This document shows positions 17,094 to 25,470 of a DNA stretch of 32,000 nucleotides, in pieces. Origin of the DNA: Planctomycetales bacterium (lineage in GTDB: Bacteria; 4484-113; JAFGCY01); NCBI GenBank assembly GCA_022646745.1, contig CP060262.1:90001-122000 (forward strand), read 5' to 3'. Both the position numbers and the translations under genes were made by a program. Each line of letters opens with the position of its first letter. Position 1 is the first letter of the stretch. Below the pieces are notes generated by a model. That model was not told the origin of the DNA and searched no databases. It was given only the letters and a program-made list of their open reading frames with translations.

Positions 17094-18830
17094 CTAGGCT
17101 GCACCACCGCCACCACCGCTGCCGGCGTTGAGGGTGTCCTGTGACTGGTTGATGTTCAGGCTGACCTCACGCACGCCGCCCGGTCCGATGGTGATCTCGG
17201 TCTCGGTGGGCTGGAAGCGGGAACTGACGCTGCCATCGGTGTCAAGCACGATGGTTCGCAGGATTATGTCACCGGCGGGGACCACCATCATGAAGCGGTG
17301 GTCGGGGTTGATCGCCTCGTTCTCCTCGAACTGGGCGTCCTGGTCAGCGAAGGGGGCAACCGGGCCGAAGCCGAAGTCATTGAAGAAGTAGGTGCCCTCA
17401 ATCTCGAAGTAGACGTCGATATTGATCTCGTCAAACTCACCGTTGCCGTTGTCGATCGTGATCGTCGGCTGGAAGTTGTTGATCGTACCGAGGATGATGC
17501 CGCTGGAAACGGGCAGGAACTCGCGGAACGGGGTTGAACCGGCGGAAGCCTGCATCGGGTGCAGCGCGAACAGCTGGTCGAACTCCTTGATGTCGTCAGC
17601 ATTCTCGATGCCGGTCGGCGGCAGGGAGGTGCTGAGGTCAGCTCCGCTGTAGTACTTGCGGGCAAGCTGGCTGCCGCGCATGATCACCATCACCTCGTCA
17701 TTCTGGTCGAAGCCGAGGGCGGAGTAGTTACCTGTATAAAAGGTGACGGACGGGCTGCCGCCGGCCAGTGCACGGTCGGCGTAGAGCAGCTTGTGGTTCA
17801 TCGCGTTGACCTGCACCGGGATGTCAGTCTGGGTGATCGGGTCAAAGCGAGTGCCGCTCACGAAGGTGTTCAGCTCGGCAAGGTCCGAGATGGACATCGT
17901 GCCGCCACGGATGTTCTGGTTGTCCTGGGCGTAGTTCTCAAACGCGTTGTAGACGGCATTTTCCTCAGCGTCACCAAGGGCGCCGATGTCGTTGAACATG
18001 CCGATCACGTTGAAGTTGGCGTTGCTCGAGATCCAGTTCAGCATGGTGTTGGCAAGGCGGAAATCCTTGAACTGCTGGATTGCGAAGTAGACATTCGCAC
18101 TGGAGTTGATCTCGTTGGAGAGCAGCTCAAGCGGCTGGTCGTTGGGGCCGAAGTAGACCTCCACGATGCCGTTGCCACTACCCACCAGGAAGGTGTGCTT
18201 GGTGTCGTCACGCTTGTGCACGCCGAAGTTGCGCTCCACGAACATCTGGTTGAACTGGTTCGTGAAGGCAGCCGCGATCTCGGTGCTGTTGAGCGTGATC
18301 ACGTCGCCGTATGTGTTGGTCGAGCGGCTGCTCTCCCAGTTGTATGACCCGGTCACCACACGGGCCTGGTCAATCACCAGGAAGCGGGCATGCATGATGC
18401 GCGGCGCACCGTCGAGGTCCGTCCGCACTTCAATGTTGCCATTGTTCTGGTTGATGTCCTCGAGCTGGTCGTAGAACGGCTTGTAGCTCAGGTCATCGTA
18501 ATATGCCTTTTCAGTGATGATCCTGATCTGGGTGCCGGCGCGGGCCTCCTGCAGCAGCGCTTCAACGACTTCCTGGCGGTCAATCGCCGTAGCGGCGACG
18601 TCAAGGCTGGAATTCGCGGATGCGATCAGTGCGAAGATCGGATCGTTGTTCAGGTTCGCATCGGAATAAGTAGCGGTGCGGTACCTGTGGTCAACGGTCT
18701 GCACGGAAACGTCGGGCACCAGGTTTGGATTGTTATCCACTTCCTGCGTGCCATCCCCGCCTCCGCAGCTTGCCAGTCCGATCATAATGACCAGAACTGT
18801 CATAAGCATCAAGAGAGATGAGCGATTCAT
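17094..18830 (-). CDS. Phospholipase D-like (two-HKD superfamily) lipoprotein
   Basis: GGAGGG Shine-Dalgarno. MNRSSLLMLMTVLVIMIGLASCGGG (lipobox). First PLD motif is degenerate: MHARFLVIDQARVVTGSYNWES (H-x-R). Second is canonical: NHKLLYAD...FYTGNYS. Confidence 0.75.
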   Translation of the reverse strand: MNRSSLLMLMTVLVIMIGLASCGGGDGTQEVDNNPNLVPDVSVQTVDHRYRTATYSDANLNNDPIFALIASANSSLDVAATAIDRQEVVEALLQEARAGTQIRIITEKAYYDDLSYKPFYDQLEDINQNNGNIEVRTDLDGAPRIMHARFLVIDQARVVTGSYNWESSRSTNTYGDVITLNSTEIAAAFTNQFNQMFVERNFGVHKRDDTKHTFLVGSGNGIVEVYFGPNDQPLELLSNEINSSANVYFAIQQFKDFRLANTMLNWISSNANFNVIGMFNDIGALGDAEENAVYNAFENYAQDNQNIRGGTMSISDLAELNTFVSGTRFDPITQTDIPVQVNAMNHKLLYADRALAGGSPSVTFYTGNYSALGFDQNDEVMVIMRGSQLARKYYSGADLSTSLPPTGIENADDIKEFDQLFALHPMQASAGSTPFREFLPVSSGIILGTINNFQPTITIDNGNGEFDEINIDVYFEIEGTYFFNDFGFGPVAPFADQDAQFEENEAINPDHRFMMVVPAGDIILRTIVLDTDGSVSSRFQPTETEITIGPGGVREVSLNINQSQDTLNAGSGGGGGAA

Positions 18831-18856
18831 CAGACCCTCCGGCTCCTTAGCTAGAT

Positions 18857-18886
18857 GTTAAAAGAATATTATTGGCTGTGAGCCGC
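18857..18886 (-). promoter_or_regulatory. Sigma70-like promoter for the PLD-NHL lipoprotein pair
   Basis: Minus strand reads TTGACA (18886-18881), 18-nt spacer, ATAATA (18862-18857). Confidence 0.5.
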
Positions 18887-18996
18887 TACGTGTCAAGCAA
18901 GCGCACACCAAATGTGTAGTAGTAGTGTAGTAGTTTTGAAGTCCCGAGCCCAACTCTCGTGTCTATCTTACCCAATACAGGGCAGAATTCCAACTG

Positions 18997-19890
18997 TTAT
19001 TCCCTGATTTCCGCCTCTTCACGCAGTTCCTGCAGCACCTTTCCAAAGTACTGCGCCACCGCCTGCTTCGCCGGGTGCAGGGCAATCAGCGAGACCACCT
19101 CAGGAATGTCCGAAGTGAGCCGGCTGTTGCGCGGGCGTGGTGTGCGGAAGTTTACGTTTTCACATGACACCGGAACCAGCCTGCCCGAATCTAGACACGC
19201 GGATTCCAGCGCCAGTTTCGCCCAGCCGAACCAGGAGTCAAATCCCTTGCTCGTCAGGTGCACGATCTTCGGGAAGTGTTCGTCCGTCATCAGCGAAAGC
19301 GTCATGTTCGCCAGGTGCGGCGCATAGCTCACAGCCGTGTGCTGGTCATCCACCACGCTGATCTGGCCTTCTGTCTCCATGTAACGGCTGGCGATCGCGC
19401 GGAAGAAGTTGCGCTCCTGCTTGCCGTCCAGACGCTCGCCGAACACCCCGCTGGTGCGCACCACATGCCCGCGGAAGAACTTGCGCACGATGATCTCACC
19501 CTCCAGCTTCGTGGCACCGTAGATGTTCAGCGGCTTGGTCGGGCTGCTCTCGTACCAGAGGTGCTGCGTGCCGTCGAATACGTAGTCCGTCGAGAAGTAG
19601 ATCAGGCGCGCCATCAGCTGCTGGGACAGGTCCGCCAGTGCCTTGGTGGCCGCCGTGTTGACTTCCACGGCTTCCCGCGGGTTCTCCTGGCAGTAGTCCA
19701 CCTTGGTCAGGGCGGCGGTGTGCACGATCCAGTCCGGGCGGAATTCGGACACCCGCCTGCGCAGCAGCGGCAGGTCGCGCATGTCCACTTCGCCATGCGG
19801 CAGGGCCTGCACGGTATGCCCGCGCATATGGGCCTCGCTGGCCATTGCGGATGCGACCATCCCCGATCCGGTTAGCAGGATCCTCGACAT
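18997..19890 (-). CDS. rfbD: dTDP-4-dehydrorhamnose reductase-like SDR (RmlD substrate-binding family)
   Basis: ATG 19890 follows AGGAA (5-nt spacer). MSRILLTGSGMV..., IVHTAA, YFSTDYVFDG, NIYGATKLEGE. Confidence 0.7.
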   Translation of the reverse strand: MSRILLTGSGMVASAMASEAHMRGHTVQALPHGEVDMRDLPLLRRRVSEFRPDWIVHTAALTKVDYCQENPREAVEVNTAATKALADLSQQLMARLIYFSTDYVFDGTQHLWYESSPTKPLNIYGATKLEGEIIVRKFFRGHVVRTSGVFGERLDGKQERNFFRAIASRYMETEGQISVVDDQHTAVSYAPHLANMTLSLMTDEHFPKIVHLTSKGFDSWFGWAKLALESACLDSGRLVPVSCENVNFRTPRPRNSRLTSDIPEVVSLIALHPAKQAVAQYFGKVLQELREEAEIRE

Positions 19891-19968
19891 GCCATTCCTG
19901 GACACCGGGGCAACATGCGGTTGCCGGGCGTCGGCTGTTGATTCAGATTAAGCGCAGTGTCCGCTGGC

Positions 19969-21012
19969 CTAGCCTGCTGTGGAACCCTCAGTGCTGTTGA
20001 GCTTGGAGTTCTCCGCAACCAGGTAGCGGATCAGGTCCATGCAGCGCACGCTGTAGCCCCACTCATTGTCATACCAGCCAACCATCTTCACCATGTTGTT
20101 TCCGATGACCTTCGTGAGCTGGGCATCCACGATGCATGAGTGCTCCGCCTGAATGATATCGGTACTGACGATCGGATCATGAGTGAGGTAGAGGATTCCG
20201 TCCAGCTCTCCGTCCACGGAACGCTGGATCGCCTCATGCACCTCATCCACAGTGACATCCTTCTCCAAGGTGCAGGTCAGGTCGCAGAGGCTGCCGGACA
20301 CGGTCGGCACGCGCACCGCCAGGCCGTCCATCTTGCCGTCCAGGTCCGGGATGATCAGGCCGATGGTCTTGGCCGCGCCGGTGCTGGTCGGAATGATGTT
20401 CGCAGCCGCCGAGCGGGCACGGCGCAGGTCCTTGTGGCCACCGTCCAGCAGGCGCTGGTCATTCGTGTAACTGTGCACGGTATTGATCAGGCCCTTCTTG
20501 ATGCCGAAGGAATTGTGCAGCACATGGGCCATCGGAGCGAGGCAGTTCGTGGTGCAGCTTGCATTGCTGATCACCTGCGGCCGGCCGTCCGTGACCCAGT
20601 TGTGGTGGTTGATGCCGAAGCAATAGGTCGGCATCTTGTCCTTGGCCGGGGCGCTGAGCAGCACGTACTTGGCACCGCCGTCGAGGTGCTTCTCGCAGTC
20701 CTCCACGCGGCGGAACACGCCGGTGCTCTCCAGCACGTAGTCCACGCCGAGGTCACCCCAGGGGATCTGCGCGGGGTCAGCCTGCGAGATCAGCTTGACA
20801 TGGTCACCGTCGATGACCAGTTCGTCATTGTTGACGCTGACGCGGCCCTTGAACGGTCCGTAGGTCGTGTCGTACTTGAACAGGTGTGCGTTCGTTTCGC
20901 TGTCGGCACGGTCGTTGATGGCCACCAGGTCAATGTTGGTCAGACCTGCCGCAATGCGCGCCACCTGCCGGCCGATGCGGCCGAAACCGTTGATTCCCAG
21001 ACGAATAGCCAT
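19969..21012 (-). CDS. gap: Glyceraldehyde-3-phosphate dehydrogenase, type I
   Basis: GGAGG Shine-Dalgarno. INGFGRIGR, catalytic SNASCTTNCLAP, WYDNEWGYS. Confidence 0.95.
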   Translation of the reverse strand: MAIRLGINGFGRIGRQVARIAAGLTNIDLVAINDRADSETNAHLFKYDTTYGPFKGRVSVNNDELVIDGDHVKLISQADPAQIPWGDLGVDYVLESTGVFRRVEDCEKHLDGGAKYVLLSAPAKDKMPTYCFGINHHNWVTDGRPQVISNASCTTNCLAPMAHVLHNSFGIKKGLINTVHSYTNDQRLLDGGHKDLRRARSAAANIIPTSTGAAKTIGLIIPDLDGKMDGLAVRVPTVSGSLCDLTCTLEKDVTVDEVHEAIQRSVDGELDGILYLTHDPIVSTDIIQAEHSCIVDAQLTKVIGNNMVKMVGWYDNEWGYSVRCMDLIRYLVAENSKLNSTEGSTAG

Positions 21013-21099
21013 TTGGCCTCCACTATCAATGCTTCAGGAATTGCGTAAAGCAGCCTAATTATATGCAGTGGTTTCTGGAAGTCCGTGCAGTGGCCGGGC

Positions 21100-22848
21100 T
21101 TAGTTGCCGGCCTGGATGTAGCTGTCGATCCCGGCCGCGATCCCGCGCGCCAGCTGCAGCTGGTAGTTCGGGTCGGCCAGGCGCAGGCACTCCTCGCGGT
21201 TGGACATGAAGCCGCATTCCACCAGCGCGGAGGGCATCACGGACTCCCGCAGCACGAAGAAGTTGGCCTGCCGCACCTTCTTGTCCACTCCGCCGGTGCT
21301 TGAAATGAGCGCGCGCTGGATATGGTCCGCCAGCACTGGCCCGGTGGAGGATGCCGGATGGTGGAATGTCATGATGCCCTGCATCTCCGGGTCGTCGATC
21401 CAGTTGCAGTGCACACTGACGAACAGGTAGGGCAGCAGCGCATTGGCGTAGTCCGTTCGGGTGCCGAGGCTGACAAAGCGGTCATCGCTGCGGGTCAGGA
21501 TCACGTCATAGCCCATTGCCTGCAGCTGCTCGCGCAGCTGGCCGGTGATCGCCAACGCGTTCGGCGCTTCCCAGTAGCCATCCAGCACGCCCTGGGCACC
21601 GGGGTCTGACCCGCCGTGCCCGGCGTCTAGCATGATCGTGCGCCCCTTGCGCGCACCGCTCGAACCGCCGATCGTGCGGCTGTGGGGCAGCAGCTGCAGG
21701 AAGTGCCGCGCCCCGCCATCCTTGCTCAGCAGGCGGTAGTCCACCGGGTTCTGCAGGTCAAGCACGATGCGAACCGTGTTCTCTTCAGGTGTACCGATGC
21801 GGATCTGCTGCACGCTGCCGACGTTGACCGGGATGTACTGCGTGGCCTCGCGGTACTGCGCGCCGACGAAGTCCACAACCAGCCGGTCCGGGTTGCTGAT
21901 CAGCTCGGCCTTCGTGACGGTGCCGCGCCCGAGCTGCACGTTCAGGCTGATCTCGCCGGAGCTCGTCTGGTTGTAACTGGCAACCTGCAGGTAGTTGCCG
22001 AAGCGCACGCTGGCGAAGCCGCGCCGTTCGTCGCTGTCAACCTTGAAGCCGGTGCGGCTTGGCTGGCGCAGGAACACGTAGCTGCGCCCCAGCTCCGGCT
22101 GGGTCTTGAAGCCGACGCGGCTGAGCACCGGGTCGTCGCCGAACTCGCGCCCGTCCAGCGAGCCGAAGAAGCCGCCCTCCACGCTCAGCTCGACGCGCTC
22201 GTCGTCAATCTGGCGGCCCTCCACCTGCACCGGGGTCAGGCAGGAGATCGTCAGCAGCCGCGAGTCCCGCGAGTAGTTGACATCGCGCACAAGTCCGACC
22301 AGCTGGTAGAGGTCCTCCACCGTGTTGAAGGACAGGTACAGCCCAAGGCTGCGCATCAGTTCCACGTCCGCGTACAGCTCGCCGTTGTAGGCCTTGAGCT
22401 GCCCGCTGGCAACGCTGCTGCCGTTCAGCTCGGCGACTGCCTGGCTGCGGTCCACCGGCAGGTCCAGCAGGTTGCCGGCCAGACCGTAGCGGACGCGGCC
22501 GGACTTCAGCGGGGGCACCTTGCCGGTCTGCGGCGGGCTGAGCAGGCTGACGCCTGGCGTGCCGCCCATGTCAACCGCCACGCTGCCGCCGCGCTTGCCT
22601 TCATCAACGTTGTAGTGCAGGTCCAGCTCATCCTGCCCGGCGGTGACCTGCGGGGCTTCCAGCCCGAGTTCGCGCAGTACCTCGAGGTTCAGCAGGCTGC
22701 GGCCGCCGTCATGGATCACGGGCGGGTTGTCAAGGCTGGCAACGCGTGCCCCGAGCATCATGTACCAGTTGCCGGCCAGTGCCGGGCTGGCCGTTGCCAG
22801 CATGATTGCCAGGGCCGCGATTGCAGCGCAGGTCCGCCTCAGTGCCAC
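21100..22848 (-). CDS. N-acetylmuramoyl-L-alanine amidase with signal peptide, AMIN-like and Amidase_3 domains
   Basis: GTG start. Sec signal MALRRTCAAIAALAIMLATASPALA. AMIN-like LVVDFVGAQY...VRIVLDL. Amidase_3: IMLDAGHGGSDPGAQG...FVSVHCN...ALVECGFMSN. Confidence 0.85.
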   Translation of the reverse strand: MALRRTCAAIAALAIMLATASPALAGNWYMMLGARVASLDNPPVIHDGGRSLLNLEVLRELGLEAPQVTAGQDELDLHYNVDEGKRGGSVAVDMGGTPGVSLLSPPQTGKVPPLKSGRVRYGLAGNLLDLPVDRSQAVAELNGSSVASGQLKAYNGELYADVELMRSLGLYLSFNTVEDLYQLVGLVRDVNYSRDSRLLTISCLTPVQVEGRQIDDERVELSVEGGFFGSLDGREFGDDPVLSRVGFKTQPELGRSYVFLRQPSRTGFKVDSDERRGFASVRFGNYLQVASYNQTSSGEISLNVQLGRGTVTKAELISNPDRLVVDFVGAQYREATQYIPVNVGSVQQIRIGTPEENTVRIVLDLQNPVDYRLLSKDGGARHFLQLLPHSRTIGGSSGARKGRTIMLDAGHGGSDPGAQGVLDGYWEAPNALAITGQLREQLQAMGYDVILTRSDDRFVSLGTRTDYANALLPYLFVSVHCNWIDDPEMQGIMTFHHPASSTGPVLADHIQRALISSTGGVDKKVRQANFFVLRESVMPSALVECGFMSNREECLRLADPNYQLQLARGIAAGIDSYIQAGN

Positions 22849-23981
22849 AGTTCGAGCAGCTCCTCGGCGATCAGGCTGGCCGGCGCGGGATCGGGTGCCG
22901 GCAGGCGCGGGCAGTCCCAGCAGCGCTCCAGCCAGTGCATGATCTCGCGCCCGTCCGGGTTGGCATTGTCAGATACATGCGCCAGCCCGAGCCGCACCAT
23001 GTGCGCGGCATTGCCGAACTGCTGGCGGTCACGGTGCTGCGTATCCGGGATCAGGAAGCTCGGGATGCCGGCCTGCACCAGTTCACCTACGGTTGCCGCG
23101 CCGCTGCGGCCGATGTAGAAGTCCGCCGCCGCCAGCACGCTTGCGCTGTCCTCGAGAAAGCCGACCTGGCGGTACTGCACCGGTCGCTCGGGGAGCTGGG
23201 AACTATCGACGGATGACTGCAGCAGCTGCATGCGCTCTCCTGCGACGTGCAGCAGGGCCAGTTTGTTCCACTGCGGATCCACGCTTTCGGCGGCCCGGCG
23301 CAGGAAGGAAACCACCGCACGGTGCACTGGCGTGGCGCCAAGCGAGCCGCCCATTGCCACCACCAGCTTGCGGTCCGGTTCAATCCCGAGTTCGCGCAGC
23401 ACGCGCACACGGTTGCTGCTGACCGGCATCGCCGGGTAGCCGCTGACCTTCACCTTGGCCCCGGCGCAGCGCCCGAGGAAGCCCTGGGCGATCTCCGGGT
23501 TGGCGGCGAACACCTTCCATGCCCGCGGCGAGAAGTGCCAGTTGACGCCGCCCGGCGGGCTGTTCATCTCAATCAGGGCCACGGGAATGTTGCGCTCCAG
23601 CGCGGCCCAGATCACGGGCGCGCTCACGTAGCCGCCCGTCGCCAGCACGAGCCCGGGCTGGTAGGCATCCAGCATGCTGCGGGCCTGGAAGAAAGGCCGG
23701 CCGAAGAAGATCGGCAGGATGTGCTTGCGGAAGTAGGCGATGTTCTGCACCGTCAGCGCGCGGTAGGCGAAGCGGATGTCAAATCTCTGGAAGGGGATCC
23801 CGGCAGCCGGCACCAGCGTGGATTCGATGCGGTCACTGCCCAGCCACTGGAACTCCAGGTCAGGCTGCCTGTGCTCAAGCGAACGCACGACCGCCAGTGC
23901 GGGAAATACATGACCTGCGGAACCACCCCCGGCCAGCATGATCCTGCGAGCCGGGGCATCCCTGTGTGTGCCGGTAGCCAT
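22839..23981 (-). CDS. murG: MurG-like undecaprenyldiphospho-muramoylpentapeptide beta-N-acetylglucosaminyltransferase (GT28)
   Basis: LAGGGSAGHVFPALAV; ATGGYVSAPV; GGSLGA; GRSGAATVGELVQAGIPSFLIP. Stop overlaps the amidase GTG start by 10 nt (GTGGCACTGA). Confidence 0.8.
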   Translation of the reverse strand: MATGTHRDAPARRIMLAGGGSAGHVFPALAVVRSLEHRQPDLEFQWLGSDRIESTLVPAAGIPFQRFDIRFAYRALTVQNIAYFRKHILPIFFGRPFFQARSMLDAYQPGLVLATGGYVSAPVIWAALERNIPVALIEMNSPPGGVNWHFSPRAWKVFAANPEIAQGFLGRCAGAKVKVSGYPAMPVSSNRVRVLRELGIEPDRKLVVAMGGSLGATPVHRAVVSFLRRAAESVDPQWNKLALLHVAGERMQLLQSSVDSSQLPERPVQYRQVGFLEDSASVLAAADFYIGRSGAATVGELVQAGIPSFLIPDTQHRDRQQFGNAAHMVRLGLAHVSDNANPDGREIMHWLERCWDCPRLPAPDPAPASLIAEELLELWH

Positions 23982-24145
23982 GCGTCTTATTCTACAAGCT
24001 ATTGCAAAAGCAATTTCTTGAGTGAATCAAACTTGAAATGCTGGGATTGAGATCGCAAATTAAACGCTGATCACAGATATGAGGATGACAACTACCGTCG
24101 ACCTCGAAAGAGAAGTAAATTCCATAGGTATTAGGTGAAATTCTG

Positions 24146-24174
24146 TTGATTTCTCGAAAGCAGTACGTTAGCAT
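24146..24174 (+). promoter_or_regulatory. Possible promoter inside the AT-rich island
   Basis: TTGATT (24146-24151), 17-nt spacer, TAGCAT (24169-24174). Confidence 0.3.
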
Positions 24175-24367
24175 CCTAATAACTGGTCTAGCAAAACGCT
24201 AACTGGTGGGATATCGCCATCATCGGTAAAGGCGGGAAGTGACTTGATTGGGTATGAAAGCATAAATAGCTACTTGAGATACCCTCCTGACGAGGGCCCC
24301 AATTGGTGTTTCACCCTGCTTCTACTTTGGCTTCTTTCGAAGCTTCCGTCACATTTTCATCTGCACT

Positions 24368-24389
24368 GTCCCGGCTGGGACTTTTTTTT
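24368..24389 (+). terminator. Short hairpin + T8 run, possible intrinsic terminator
   Basis: GTCCC (24368-24372), loop GGCT, GGGAC (24377-24381), followed by TTTTTTTT (24382-24389). The stem is only 5 bp. Confidence 0.4.
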
Positions 24390-24443
24390 ACTCGTGTTGG
24401 CAGAATGCGAACACTGCAACTGCCTATATGAGCCTTTAACGAC

Positions 24444-24574
24444 AAGGCCACCTTTCGGTGGCCTTCAATTCCAAGGATCGGATTTTGCGGTCCAAGCGTC
24501 CTTGGATGCAAGACATGGAAGTCTAGCCATGAATAGTTACTCTGTCAAGGGGAATTTTCTATGGCTGGACTTCC
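24444..24574 (+). promoter_or_regulatory. Cluster of strong hairpins in the leader of the orphan gene
   Basis: AAGGCCACC/GGTGGCCTT, 9-bp stem (24444-24465). CCAAGGA...TCCTTGG (24471-24505). 14-bp stem GGAAGTCTAGCCAT (24517-24530) with ATGGCTGGACTTCC (24561-24574), containing one G-U pair and a 30-nt loop. Confidence 0.5.
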
Positions 24575-24625
24575 CTCTGTCTCATGTACTTTCCGTGGGG
24601 GCTTGAATGCCCAATGGAGATTATC

Positions 24626-25411
24626 ATGGACACCAATCGATACGATGCGTCGAGAAGACTGTATCTGACTGTACCAACGGAACCCGAACTGGTTGCTCTC
24701 TTCTGTTACATGAGAGCTCAGCAGCTCGATGGTTCACCGCTCATCGCCATGAAGACAATAGCGGAATGCGATCAGATCATGGCGAGGAATTGCTCCAGCC
24801 GCATCCACGGTGTTGCGAGTGTTCTGGCTGAGCACACCGTAGATTACTCAGCAGGAATCCTGGAGGATACGCTGAACAGACAGGCCGGTATGGAAGTGAA
24901 CATGCCCGCGGCCATCATGGATCTAGTACAAAGATCCAACGGAGCCAGAGCCTTCATTTTCCTCCTGGCTGAGCTGAGCAGCTTTGAAACCAGGATGAGT
25001 AACATCAAGGAAGCAATCCTGATGGCCAGGGCCAGCGCTCTGGAACTGCTGATTCCTACCATGAGAGATTTGCTGATCCATAATTGGATTCACAACGCCA
25101 TCAGGAATGATGAATTCAAGCGTTGGACCATGTGCCGACTCGCTGGATCCAAAGAGTGGTACACGCAGTGGGGAGTTTCTACCCCGAGCCTGACTGACTG
25201 CCGTGCCCTCAGCTACGTAGTATTTCCGACCGTTTCACCGTGCCCGGCGACGGTGCGGTTGGAAGTGCTTCCGGAATCAGTACTTCATGAATGGCCCGGA
25301 AAGATCTCCATTTCTTTGACGGGGAGCAGGCAGATTGCCAATGCCCTTGCATTGGCTCTTGGGGCCGAAATCGACCAGTTCAGATCCAGTGAGGAGCATC
25401 TGGCAGCTTAA
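24626..25411 (+). CDS. Orphan hypothetical protein (261 aa) in AT-rich island
   Basis: ATG 24626 is preceded by GGAG (6-nt spacer). In-frame ATGs at 24584 and 24614 lack a Shine-Dalgarno. No family recognised. The N-terminal two-thirds look helical and contain RDLLIH (Rx4H). Composition is clearly less GC-rich than the flanking genes. Confidence 0.6.
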   Translation: MDTNRYDASRRLYLTVPTEPELVALFCYMRAQQLDGSPLIAMKTIAECDQIMARNCSSRIHGVASVLAEHTVDYSAGILEDTLNRQAGMEVNMPAAIMDLVQRSNGARAFIFLLAELSSFETRMSNIKEAILMARASALELLIPTMRDLLIHNWIHNAIRNDEFKRWTMCRLAGSKEWYTQWGVSTPSLTDCRALSYVVFPTVSPCPATVRLEVLPESVLHEWPGKISISLTGSRQIANALALALGAEIDQFRSSEEHLAA

Positions 25412-25470
25412 CTCCAGGATCATGCCGGATGTGAGATGTTAATACTGACGGCGAGTGACGGTTGTAATGT

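Noticed and set aside
21059-21064. TATAAT box upstream of gap as a promoter.
   Set aside because: No acceptable -35 or TGn extension is present, and gap may be co-transcribed with the upstream amidase. This is too weak to list as a feature.
24282-24296. Hammerhead ribozyme core (CTGACGA matches CUGANGA).
   Set aside because: There is no downstream GAAA core element or the three-helix arrangement. The heptamer is just part of a small CCCTC/GAGGG hairpin.
24244-24606. 120-aa ORF across the island's non-coding region (and the 60-aa ORF 23992-24174 on the minus strand).
   Set aside because: It uses a TTG start without a Shine-Dalgarno and reads through a hairpin+T8 terminator and three strong hairpins. 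No domain is recognisable. It could still encode a small hydrophobic peptide, so rejection is not absolute.
23995-25411. Retron (structured ncRNA with inverted repeats followed by a gene).
   Set aside because: The downstream protein has no reverse-transcriptase motifs (no YxDD), and the hairpin arms do not flank an msr/msd-like layout.
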